A DNA stretch of 23,067 nt from Utricularia gibba (lineage: Eukaryota > Plantae > Magnoliophyta): NCBI GenBank assembly GCA_002189035.1, contig NEEC01000277.1, forward strand, positions 1-23,067, given 5' to 3'. The notes beneath the pieces were generated by a model that was not told the origin of the DNA, searched no databases, and was given only the letters and a program-made list of their open reading frames with translations. Each line of letters opens with the position of its first letter. The first letter of the stretch is position 1. Positions 1 through 12,610 of this stretch are shown here, piece by piece. The translations under genes were made by a program, and so were the position numbers.

Positions 1-3000
1 CCCCAAGACCGCCTCCTCAAGTATAAAGTAAGTTGTTGAAAAAATCATGTGGGTGCACGTGATATCGTAATTTAAACAAATGCATCATTTTTTTTAATCA
101 ATTTGCATCCGGTTGACCTCATGAGCAATACATAATCGGGGTCAAGGACCAAGTTCCCAGCGAGACTGGCGCCACAAAAACGAGAAGCTGTTCCTTGAAA
201 AACCATGTAGGCAGCCCCCGAAAACTGAACGTTAATAAATACATCACTTTATTTGCCGTGTTACAACTAACTCTCGGCGCAAGCCAAACCTGACCTTTGT
301 GTCCCGTTCCAGGTGCACCCCAAGACCGCCTCCACAAGTATAAAGCAAGTTGTTGAAAAAATCATGTGGGGTGCACGTGATATCGTAATTTAAACAAAGG
401 CATCATTTTTTTTAATCAATTTGCATCCGGTTGACCTCATGAGCAATACATAATCGGGGTCAAGGACCAAGTTCCCAGCGAGACTGGCCGCCACAAAATG
501 AGAAGCTGTTCCTTGAAAAACCATGTAGGCAGCCCCCAAAAACTGAACGTTAATAAATACATCACTTTATTTTCCGTGTTACAACTAACTCTCGGCGCAA
601 GCCAAACCTGACCTTTGTCCCGTTCTAGGTGCACCCCAAGACCGCCTCCACAAGTATAAAGCAAGTTGTTGAAAAAATCATGTGGGTGCACGTGATATCG
701 TAATTTAAACAAAGGCATCATTTTTTTTTAATCGATTTGCATCCGGTTGACCTCATGAGCATACATAATCGGGGTCAAGGACCAAGTTCCCAGCGAGACT
801 GGCCGCCACAAAACGAGAAGCTGTTCCTTGAAAAACCATGTAGGCAGCCCCCGAAAACTGAACGTTAATAAATACATCACTTTATTTGCCGAGTTACAAC
901 TAACTCTCGGCGCAAGCCAAACCTGACCTTTGTCCGTTCCAGGTGCACCCCAAGACCGCCTCCACAAGTATAAAGCAAGTTGTTGAAAAAATCATGTGGG
1001 GTGCACGTGATATCGTAATTTAAACAAATGCATCATTTTTAATCGATTTGCATCCGGTTGACCTCATGAGCATACATAATCGGGGTCAAGGACCAAGTTC
1101 CCAGCGAGACTGGCCGCCACAAAACGAGAAGCTGTTCCTTGAAAAACCATGTAGGCAGCCCCCGAAAACTGAACGTTAATAAATACATCACTTTATTTTG
1201 CCGGCTACAACTAACTCTCGGCGCAAGCCAAACCTGACCTTTGTCCCGTTCTAGGTGCACCCCAAGACCGCCTCCTCAAGTATAAAGTAAGTTGTTGAAA
1301 AAATCATGTGGGGTGCACGTGATATCGTAATTTAAAACAAAGGCATCATTTTTTTAATCGATTTGCATCCGGTTGACCTCATGAGCCATACATAATCGGG
1401 GTCAAGGACCAAGTTCCCAGCGAGACTGGCCGCCACAAAACGAGAAGCTGTTCCTTGAAAACCATGTAGGCAGCCCCCCGAAAACTGAACGTTAATAAAT
1501 ACATCACTTTATTTGCCAGCTACAACTAACTCTCGGCGCAAGCCTAACCTGACCTTTGTCGTTCCTCTTGCCCCCCAAGACCGCCCCTCAAGTATAAAGT
1601 AAGTTGTTGAAAAATCATGTGGGGTGCACGTGATATCGTAATTTAAACAAAGGCATCATTTTTTTTAATCGATTTGCATCCGGTTGACCTCATGAGCCAT
1701 ACATAATCGGGGGTCAAGACCAAGTTCCCAGCGAGACTGGCCGCCACAAAAACGAGAAGCTGTTCCTTGAAAAACCATGTAGGCAGCCCCCGAAAACTGA
1801 ACGTTAATAAATACATCACTTTATTTCCGAGCTACAACTAACTCTCGGCGCAAGCCAAACCTGACCTTTGTCCCGTTCCAGGTGCACCCCAAGACCGCCT
1901 CCTCAAGTATAAAGCAAGTTGTTGAAAAATCATGTGGGGTGCACGTGATATCGTAATTTAACAAAGGCATCATTTTTTTTTAATCATTTGCATCCGGTTG
2001 ACCTCATGAGCAATACATAATCGGGGTCAAGGACCAAGTTCCCAGCGAGACTGGCCGCCACAAAACGAGAAGCTGTTCCTTGAAAAACCATGTAGGCAGC
2101 CCCCGAAAACTGAACGTTAATAAATACATCACTTTATTTGCCGAGCTACAACTAACTCTCGGCGCAAGCCAAACCTGACCTTTGTCCCGTTCTAGGTGCA
2201 CCCCAAGACCGCCTCCTCAAGTATAAAGTAAGTTGTTGAAAAAATCATGTGGGGTGCACGTGATATCGTAATTTAAACAAAGGCATCATTTTTTTTAATC
2301 GATTTCCATCCGGTTGACCTCATGAGCCATACATAATCGGGGTCAAGGACCAAGTTCCAGCGAGACTGCCGCCACAAAACGAGAAGCTGTTCCTTGAAAA
2401 CCATGTAGGCAGCCCCCGAAAACTGAACGTTAATAAATACATCACTTATTTGCCGGCTACAACTAACTCTCGGCGCAAGCCAAACCTGACCTTTGTCCCG
2501 TTCCTGTGCCCCCCAAGACCGCCTCCTCAAGTATAAAGTAAGTTGTTGAAAAAAATCATGTGGGGGCACGTGATATCGTAATTTAAACAAAGGCATCATT
2601 TTTTTTTAATCGATTTGCATCCGGTTGACCTCATGAGCCATACATAATCGGGGTCAAGGACCAAGTTCCCAGCGAGACTGGCCGCCACAAAACGAGAAGC
2701 TGTTCCTTGAAAAACCATGTAGGCAGCCCCCGAAAACTGAACGTTAATAAATACATCACTTTATTTGCCGTGTTACAACTAACTCTCGGCGCAAGCCAAA
2801 CCTGACCTTTGTCCCGTTCCAGGTGCACCCCAAGACCGCCTCCCAAGTATAAAGTAAGTTGTTGAAAAAATCATGTGGGGTGCACGTGATATCGTAATTT
2901 AAACAAAGGCATCATTTTTTTAATCGATTTGCATCCGGTTGACCTCATGAGCATACATAATCGGGGTCAAGGACCAAGTTCCCAGCGAGACTGGCCGCCA

Positions 3001-5657
3001 CAAAACGAGAAGCTGTTCCTAAAAACCATGTAGGCAGCCCCCGAAAACTGAACGTTAATAAATACATCACTTTATTTGCCGAGCTACAACTAACTCTCGG
3101 CGCAAGCCAAACCTGACCTTTGTCCCGTTCTAGGTGCACCCAAGACCGCCTCCTCAAGTATAAAGCAAGTTGTTGAAAAAATCATGTGGGGTGCACGTGA
3201 TATCGTAATTTAAACAAATGCATCATTTTTTTTAATCAATTTGCATCCGGTTGACCTCATGAGCAATACATAATCGGGGTCAAGGACCAAGTTCCCAGCG
3301 AGACTGGCCGCCACAAAACGAGAAGCTGTTCCTTGAAAAACCATGTAGGCAGCCCCGAAAACTGAACGTTAATAAATACATCACTTTATTTGCCGAGCTA
3401 CAACTAACTCTCGGCGCAAGCCAAACCTGACCTTTGTCCCGTTCCAGGTGCACCCCAAGACCGCCTCCACAAGTATAAAGCAAGTTGTTGAAAAAATCAT
3501 GTGGGGGTGCACGTGATATCGTAATTTAAACAAAGGCATCATTTTTTTTTAATCAATTTGCATCCGGTTGACCTCATGAGCAATACATAATCGGGGTCAA
3601 GGACAAGTTCCCAGCGAGACTGGCCGCCACAAAAACGAGAAGCTGTTCCTTGAAAAACCATGTAGGCAGCCCCCCGAAAACTGAACGTTAATAAATACAT
3701 CACTTTATTTGCCGAGCTACAACTAACTCTCGGCGCAAGCCAAACCTGACCTTTGTCCCGTTCCAGGTGCACCCCAAGACCGCCTCCACAAGTATAAAGC
3801 AAGTTGTTGAAAAAATCATGTGGGTGCACGTGATATCGTAATTTAAACAAAGGCATCATTTTTTTTAATCGATTTGCATCCGGTTGACCTCATGAGCAAT
3901 ACATAATCGGGGTCAAGGACCAAGTTCCCAGCGAGACTGGCCGCCACAAAACGAGAAGCTGTTCCTTGAAAAACCATGTAGGCAGCCCCCGAAAACTGAA
4001 CGTTAATAAATACATCACTTTATTTGCCGAGTTACAACTAACTCTCGGCGCAAGCCAAACCTGACCTTTGTCCCGTTCTAGGTGCACCCCAAGACCGCCT
4101 CCTCAAGTATAAAGTAAGTTGTTGAAAAAATCATGTGGGGTGCACGTGATATCGTAATTTAAACAAAGGCATCATTTTTTTTAATCGATTTGCATCCGGT
4201 TGACCTCATGAGCATACATAATCGGGGTCAAGGACCAAGTTCCCAGCGAGACTGGCCGCCACAAAACGAGAAGCTGTTCCTTGAAAAACCATGTAGGCAG
4301 CCCCCGAAAACTGAACGTTAATAAATACATCACTTTATTTGCCGTGCTACAACTAACTCTCGGCGCAAGCCAAACCTGACCTTTGTCCCGTTCCAGGTGC
4401 ACCCCAAGACCGCCTCCTCAAGTATAAAGCAAGTTGTTGAAAAAATCATGTGGGGTGCACGTGATATCGTAATTTAAACAAAGGCATCATTTTTTAATCG
4501 ATTTGCATCCGGTTGACCTCATGAGCAATACATAATCGGGGTCAAGGACCAAGTTCCCAGCGAGACTGGCCGCCACAAAACGAGAAGCTGTTCCTTGAAA
4601 AACCATGTAGGCAGCCCCCGAAAACTGAACGTTAATAAATACATCACTTTATTTGCCGGGCTACAACTAACTCTCGGCGCAAGCCAAACCTGACCTTTGT
4701 CCCGTTCTAGGTGCACCCCAAGACCGCCTCCTCAAGTATAAAGTAAGTTGTTGAAAAAATCATGTGGGGTGCACGTGATATCGTAATTTAAACAAAGGCA
4801 TCATTTTTTTAATCGATTTGCATCCGGTTGACCTCATGAGCCATACATAATCGGGGTCAAGGACCAAGTTCCCAGCGAGACTGGCCGCCACAAAACGAGA
4901 AGCTGTTCCTTGAAAAACCATGTAGGCAGCCCCCGAAAACTGAACGTTAATAAATACATCACTTTATTTGCCGAGCTACAACTAACTCTCGGCGCAAGCC
5001 AAACCTGACCTTTGTCCGTTCCTAGGTGCACCCCAAGACCGCCTCCTCAAGTATAAAGTAAGTTGTTGAAAAAATCATGTGGGGTGCACGTGATATCGTA
5101 ATTTAAACAAAGGCATCATTTTTTTAATCGATTTGCATCCGGTTGACCTCATGAGCCATACATAATCGGGGTCAAGGACCAAGTTCCCAGCGAGACTGGC
5201 CGCCACAAAACAAGAAGCTGTTCCTTGAAAAACCATGTAGGCAGCCCCCAAAAACTGAACGTTAATAAATACATCACTTTATTTTCCGAGCTACAACTAA
5301 CTCTCGGCGCAAGCCAAACCTGACCTTTGTCCCGTTCCAGGTGCACCCCAAGACCGCCTCCACAAGTATAAAGCAAGTTGTTGAAAAAATCATGTGGGTG
5401 CACGTGATATCGTAATTAAACAAAGGCATCATTTTTTAATCGATTTGCATCCGGTTGACCTCATGAGCAATACATAATCGGGGTCAAGGACCAAGTTCCC
5501 AGCGAGACTGGCCGCCACAAAACGAGAAGCTGTTCCTGAAAAACCATGTAGGCAGCCCCCGAAAACTGAACGTTAATAAATACATCACTTTATTTGCCGA
5601 GCTACAACTAACTCTCGGCGCAAGCCAAACCTGACCTTTGTCCCGTTCCTAGGTGCC
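1..5657. repeat. Heterogeneous left part: 18 near-full-length monomers with mixed alleles
   Basis: Copies vary at ccA/Tc, aagC/T, aaT/Ggc, atcA/Gat, gagcA/Cat, cC/Tagg and the gccgNgN site. Unit lengths 310-319 bp. Confidence 0.85.
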
Positions 5658-8600
5658 CCCCAAGACCGCCTCCTCAAGTATAAAGTAAGTTGTTGAAAAA
5701 ATCATGTGGGTGCACGTGATATCGTAATTTAAACAAATGCATCATTTTTTTAATCGATTTGCATCCGGTTGACCTCATGAGCCAAAAGAATCGGGGGGAC
5801 CAAGTTCCCAGCGAGACTGGCCGCACAAAACGAGAAGCTGTTCCTTGAAAAACCATGTAGGCAGCCCCGAAAACTGAACGTTAATAAATACATCACTTTT
5901 TTGCCGGCTACAACTAACTCTCGGCGCAAGCCAACCTGACCTTTGTCCGTTCCTCTTGCCCCCCAAGACCGCCTCCTCAAGTATAAAGTAAGTTGTTGAA
6001 AAAATCATGTGGGGTGCACGTGATATCGTAATTTAAACAAATGCATCATTTTTTTTAATCGATTTGCATCCGGTTGACCTCATGAGCCATACATAATCGG
6101 GGTCAAGGACCAAGTTCCCAGCGAGACTGGCCGCCACAAAACGAGAAGCTGTTCCTTGAAAAACCATGTAGGCAGCCCCCGAAAACTGAACGTTAATAAA
6201 TACATCACTTTATTTGCCGGCTACAACTAACTCTCGGCGCAAGCCAAACCTGACCTTTGTCCGTTCTCTTGCACCCCAAGACCGCCTCCTCAAGTATAAA
6301 GTAAGTTGTTGAAAAAATCATGTGGGGTGCACGTGATATCGTAATTTAAAAACAAATCATTATTTTCATCGATTTGCATCCGGTTGACCTCATGAGCCAT
6401 ACATAATCGGGGTCAAGGACCAAGTTCCCAGCGAGACTGGCCGCCACAAAAACAAGAAGCTGTTCCTTGAAAAACCATGTAGGCAGCCCCGAAAACTGAA
6501 CGTTAATAAATACATCACTTTATTTGCCGTGTTACAACTAACTCTCGGCGCAAGCCAAACCTGACCTTTGTCCCGTTCCAGGTGCACCCCAAGACCGCCT
6601 CCACAAGTATAAAGCAAGTTGTTGAAAAAATCATGTGGGGTGCACGTGATATCGTAATTAAACAAATGCATCATTTTTTAATCGATTTGCATCCGGTTGA
6701 CCTCATGAGCAATACATAATCGGGTCAAGGACCAAGTTCCCAGCGAGACTGGCCGCCACAAAACGAGAAGCTGTTCCTTGAAAAACCATGTAGGCAGCCC
6801 CCGAAAACTGAACGTTAATAAATACATCACTTTATTTGCCGGGCTACAACTAACTCTCGGCGCAAGCCAAACCTGACCTTTGTCCCGTTCTAGGTGCACC
6901 CCAAGACCGCCTCCCAAGTATAAAGTAAGTTGTTGAAAAAATCATGTGGGGTGCACGTGATATCGTAATTTAAACAAGGCATCATTTTTTTAATCGATTT
7001 GCATCCGGTTGACCTCATGAGCCATACATAATCGGGGTCAAGGACCAAGTTCCCAGCGAGACTGGCCGCCACAAAACGAGAAGCTGTTCCTTGAAAAACC
7101 ATGTAGGCAGCCCCCGAAAACTGAACGTTAATAAATACATCACTTTATTTGCCGGCTACAACTAACTCTCGGCCCAAGCCTAAACCTTTGTCCGTTCTCT
7201 TGCCCCCAAGACCGCCTCCTCAAGTATAAAGTAAGTTGTTGAAAAAATCATGTAGGGTGCACGTGATATCGTAATTTAAACAAATGCATCATTTTTTAAT
7301 CGATTTGCATCCTTGACCTCATGAGCCATAAAGAATCGGGGAGGACCAAGTTCCAGCGAGACAGGCCGCCACAAAACGAGAAGCTGTTCCTAAAAACCAT
7401 GTAGGCAACCCCGAAAACTGAACCTTAATAAATACATCACTTTTTTTGCCGGGCTACAACTAACTCTCGGCGCAAGCCAAACCTGACCTTTGTCCGTTCC
7501 TCTTGCACCCCAAGACCGCCTCCTCAAGTATAAAGTTGTTGAAAAAATCATGTGGGTGCACGTGATATCGTAATTTAAACAAATGCATCATTTTTTTCAT
7601 CGATTTGCATCCGGTTGACCTCATGAGCCATACAGAATCGGGTCAAGGACCAAGTTCCCAGCGAGACTGGCCGCCAAAAACGAGAAGCTGTTCCTTGAAA
7701 AACCATGTAGGCAGCCCCCGAAAACTGAACGTTAATAAATACATCACATTTTGCCGGCTACAACTAACTCTCGGCGCAAGCCAAACCTGACCTTTGTCCG
7801 TTCCTCTGCCCCCAAGACCGCCTCCTCAAGTATAAAGTAAGTTGTTGAAAAATCATGTGGGTGCACGTGATATCGTAATTTAAACAAATGCATCATTTTT
7901 AATCGATTTGCATCCTTTGACCTCATGAGCCATACAGAATCGGGGCAGGACCAAGTTCCAGCGAGACTGGCCGCCACAAAACGAGAAGCTGTTCCTTGAA
8001 AAACCATGTAGGCACCCCGAAAACTGAACGTTAATAAATACATCACATTTTGCCGGGCTACAACTTACTTTCGGCCAAGCCAAACCTGACCTTTTGTCCG
8101 TTCCTGCACCCAAGACCGCCTCCTCAAGTATAAAGTAAGTTGTTGAAAAAATCATGTAGGGTGCACGTGATATCGTAATTTAAACAAATGCATCATTTTT
8201 TAATCGATTTGCATCCTTTGACCTCATGAGCCATACAGAATCGGGGCAAGGACCAAGTTCCAGCGAGACTGGCCGCCACAAAACGAGAAGCTGTTCCTTG
8301 AAAAACCATGTAGGCCCCGAAAACTGAACGTTAATAATACAGCTACAACTACTTTCGGCCAAGCCAACCTGACCTTTGTCCCGTTCTCTTGCCCCAAGAC
8401 CGCCTCCTCAAGTATAAAGTTGTTAAAAAATCATGTGGGTGCACGTGATATCGTAATTTAAACAAATGCATCCTGCAATTTTTTTATTTGCCGGGCTACA
8501 ACTAACTCTTCTGACCTTTGTCCCGTTCCAGTGCACCCAAGACCGCAAGTATAAAGCAAGTTGAAAAAATCATGTGGGTGCACGTGATATCGTAATTTAA

Positions 8601-8837
8601 ACAAAGGCATCATTTTTTTAATCATTTGCATCCGGTTGACCTCATGAGCCATACATAATCGGGGTCAAGGACCAAGTTCCAGCGAGACTGGCCGCCACAA
8701 AACGAGAAGCTGTTCCTTGAAAAACCATGTAGGCAGCCCCCGAAAACTGAACGTTAATAAATACATCACTTTATTTTCCGAGCTACAACTAACTCTCGGC
8801 GCAAGCCAAACCTGACCTTTGTCCCGTTCCAGGTGCA
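5658..8837. repeat. Degenerate zone 1: 11 diverged or shortened monomers, including a 144-bp half-unit
   Basis: Unit lengths about 303, 313, 313, 312, 305, 304, 302, 299, 283, 144, 302. Shared multi-base variants (ctcttgc junction, tcctttgacc, atcacatttt, actttcggcc). Confidence 0.85.
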
Positions 8838-11800
8838 CCCCAAGACCGCCTCCACAAGTATAAAGCAAGTTGTTGAAAAAATCATGTGGGTGCACGTGAT
8901 ATCGTAATTTAAACAAAGGCATCATTTTTTTAATCGATTTCCATCCGGTTGACCTCATGAGCCATACAGAATCGGGGTCAAGGACCAAGTTCCCAGCGAG
9001 ACTGGCCGCCACAAAATGAGAAGCTGTTCCTTGAAAAACCATGTAGGCAGCCCCCGAAAACTGAACGTTAATAAATACATCACTTTATTTGCCGAGCTAC
9101 AACTAACTCTCGGCGCAAGCCAAACCTGACCTTTGTCCCGTTCTAGGTGCACCCCAAGACCGCCTCCTCAAGTATAAAGTAAGTTGTTGAAAAAATCATG
9201 TGGGGTGCACGTGATATCGTAATTTAAACAAAGGCATCATTTTTTTAATCGATTTGCATCCGGTTGACCTCATGAGCCATACAGAATCGGGGTCAAGGAC
9301 CAAGTTCCCAGCGAGACTGGCCGCCACAAAACGAGAAGCTGTTCCTTGAAAAACCATGTAGGCAGCCCCCGAAAACTGAACGTTAATAAATACATCACTT
9401 TATTTGCCGAGCTAAACTAACTCTCGGCGCAAGCCAAACCTGACCTTTGTCCCGTTCTAGGTGCACCCCAAGACCGCCTCCTCAAGTATAAAGTAAGTTG
9501 TTGAAAAAATCATGTGGGGTGCACGTGATATCGTAATTTAAAGAAAGGCATCATTTTTTTTAATCGATTTCCATCCGGTTGACCTCATGAGCCATACAGA
9601 ATCGGGGTCAAGGACCAAGTTCCCAGCGAGACTGGCCGCCACAAAACGAGAAGCTGTTCCTTGAAAAACCATGTAGGCAGCCCCCGAAAACTGAACGTTA
9701 ATAAATACATCACTTTATTTGCCGAGCTACAACTAACTCTCGGCGCAAGCCAAACCTGACCTTTGTCCCGTTCTAGGTGCACCCCAAGACCGCCTCCTCA
9801 AGTATAAAGTAAGTTGTTGAAAAAATCATGTGGGGTGCACGTGATATCGTAATTTAAACAAAGGCATCATTTTTTTAATCGATTTGCATCCGGTTGACCT
9901 CATGAGCCATACAGAATCGGGGTCAAGGACCAAGTTCCCAGCGAGACTGGCCGCCACAAAACGAGAAGCTGTTCCTTGAAAAACCATGTAGGCAGCCCCC
10001 GAAAACTGAACGTTAATAAATACATCACTTTATTGCCGAGCTACAACTAACTCTCGGCAAGCCAAACCTGACCTTTGTCCCGTTCTAGGTGCACCCCAAG
10101 ACCGCCTCCTCAAGTATAAAGTAAGTTGTTGAAAAAATCATGTGGGGTGCACGTGATATCGTAATTTAAAAAAGCATCATTTTTTTAATCGATTTCCATC
10201 CGGTTGACCTCATGAGCCATACAGAATCGGGGTCAAGGACCAAGTTCCCAGCGAGACTGGCCGCCACAAAACGAGAAGCTGTTCCTTGAAAAACCATGTA
10301 GGCAGCCCCCGAAAACTGAACGTTAATAAATACATCACTTTATTTGCCGAGCTACAACTAACTCTCGGCGCAAGCCAAACCTGACCTTTGTCCCGTTCTA
10401 GGTGCACCCCAAGACCGCCTCCTCAAGTATAAAGTAAGTTGTTGAAAAAATCATGTGGGGTGCACGTGATATCGTAATTTAAACAAAGGCATCATTTTTT
10501 TTAATCGATTTCCATCCGGTTGACCTCATGAGCCATACAGAATCGGGGTCAAGGACCAAGTTCCCAGCGAGACTGGCCGCCACAAAACGAGAAGCTGTTC
10601 CTTGAAAAACCATGTAGGCAGCCCCCGAAAACTGAACGTTAATAAATACATCACTTTATTTGCCGAGCTACAACTAACTCTCGGCGCAAGCCAAACCTGA
10701 CCTTTGTCCCGTTCTAGGTGCACCCCAAGACCGCCTCCTCAAGTATAAAGTAAGTTGTTGAAAAAATCATGTGGGGTGCACGTGATATCGTAATTTAAAA
10801 AGGCATCATTTTTTTAATCGATTTCCATCCGGTTGACCTCATGAGCCATACAGAATCGGGGTCAAGGACCAAGTTCCCAGCGAGACTGGCCGCCACAAAA
10901 CGAGAAGCTGTTCCTTGAAAAACCATGTAGGCAGCCCCCGAAAACTGAACGTTAATAAATACATCACTTTATTTGCCGAGCTACAACTAACTCTCGGCGC
11001 AAGCCAAACCTGACCTTTGTCCCGTTCTAGGTGCACCCCAAGACCGCCTCCTCAAGTATAAAGTAAGTTGTTGAAAAAATCATGTGGGGTGCACGTGATA
11101 TCGTAATTTAAACAAAGGCATCATTTTCTTTAATCGATTTCCATCCGGTTGACCTCATGAGCCATACAGAATCGGGGTCAAGGACCAAGTTCCCAGCGAG
11201 ACTGGCCGCCACAAAACGAGAAGCTGTTCCTTGAAAAACCATGTAGGCAGCCCCCGAAAACTGAACGTTAATAAATACATCACTTTATTTGCCGAGCTAC
11301 AACTAACTCTCGGCGCAAGCCAAACCTGACCTTTGTCCCGTTCTAGGTGCACCCCAAGACCGCCTCCTCAAGTATAAAGTAAGTTGTTGAAAAAATCATG
11401 TGGGGTGCACGTGATATCGTAATTTAAACAAAGGCATCATTTTTTTAATCGATTTGCATCCGGTTGACCTCATGAGCCATACAGAATCGGGGTCAAGGAC
11501 CAAGTTCCCAGCGAGACTGGCCGCCACAAAACGAGAAGCTGTTCCTTGAAAAACCATGTAGGCAGCCCCCGAAAACTGAACGTTAATAAATACATCACTT
11601 TATTTGCCGAGCTACAACTAACTCTCGGCGCAAGCCAAACCTGACCTTTGTCCCGTTCTAGGTGCACCCCAAGACCGCCTCCTCAAGTATAAAGTAAGTT
11701 GTTGAAAAAATCATGTGGGGTGCACGTGATATCGTAATTTAAACAAAGGCATCATTTTCTTTAATCGATTTCCATCCGGTTGACCTCATGAGCCATACAG

Positions 11801-12295
11801 AATCGGGGTCAAGGACCAAGTTCCCAGCGAGACTGGCCGCCACAAAACGAGAAGCTGTTCCTTGAAAAACCATGTAGGCAGCCCCCGAAAACTGAACGTT
11901 AATAAATACATCACTTTATTTGCCGAGCTACAACTAACTCTCGGCGCAAGCCAAACCTGACCTTTGTCCCGTTCTAGGTGCACCCAAGACCGCCTCCTCA
12001 AGTATAAAGTAAGTTGTTGAAAAAATCATGTGGGGTGCACGTGATATCGTAATTTAAAAAGGCATCATTTTCTTTAATCGATTTGCATCCGGTTGACCTC
12101 ATGAGCCATACAGAATCGGGGTCAAGGACCAAGTTCCCAGCGAGACTGGCCGCCACAAAACGAGAAGCTGTTCCTTGAAAAACCATGTAGGCAGCCCCCG
12201 AAAACTGAACGTTAATAAATACATCACTTTATTTGCCGAGCTACAACTAACTCTCGGCGCAAGCCAAACCTGACCTTTGTCCCGTTCTAGGTGCA

Positions 12296-12452
12296 CCCCA
12301 AGACCGCCTCCTCAAGTATAAAGTAAGTTGTTGAAAAAATCATGTGGGGTGCACGTGATATCGTAATTTAAACAAAGGCATCATTTTTTTAATCGATTTG
12401 CATCCGGTTGACCTCATGAGCCATACAGAATCGGGGTCAAGGACCAAGTTCC
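12296..12452 (+). repeat. Subunit A (157 bp) of the dimeric monomer
   Basis: Aligns to 12453-12610 with one gap: gaccgcctcctcaa vs gactggccgccacaa; ttgaaaaaatcatgt vs ttgaaaaaccatgt; aaaggcatcatttt vs aaatacatcacttt; gagccatac vs aagccaaac. Confidence 0.85.
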
Positions 12453-12610
12453 CAGCGAGACTGGCCGCCACAAAACGAGAAGCTGTTCCTTGAAAAACCA
12501 TGTAGGCAGCCCCCGAAAACTGAACGTTAATAAATACATCACTTTATTTGCCGAGCTACAACTAACTCTCGGCGCAAGCCAAACCTGACCTTTGTCCCGT
12601 TCTAGGTGCA
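12453..12610 (+). repeat. Subunit B (158 bp) of the dimeric monomer
   Basis: Manual alignment to subunit A gives about 85/158 identical columns (~54%) with one gap, far above the ~25% expected by chance. Confidence 0.85.

Larger units (their letters stand above)
12296..12610 (+). repeat. Representative 315-bp monomer matching the array consensus
   Basis: Runs ccccaagaccgcctcctcaag ... gtcccgttctaggtgca. Hand count on the consensus: ~46% GC, 15 CpG. Used as the reference copy below. Confidence 0.95.

Noticed and set aside
12296-12452. Further ~75-79-bp sub-repeat within each subunit
   Set aside because: Only ttga...tcatg recurs (offset ~75); the surrounding sequence does not align.
12334-12520. 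Helically phased A-tracts (bent DNA)
   Set aside because: A/T tracts are present, and three in subunit B are ~21-23 bp apart, but spacing over the whole monomer is not consistently ~10.5 bp. A curvature calculation is needed.
12556-12578. 5S rRNA-like patch on the minus strand (cttgcgccgagagttagttgtag vs plant 5S CTTGGGCGAGAGTAGTACTAG)
   Set aside because: About 18/23 with two gaps, but the similarity does not extend to the rest of the 120-nt gene. Consistent with chance; an Infernal search with RF00001 would settle it.
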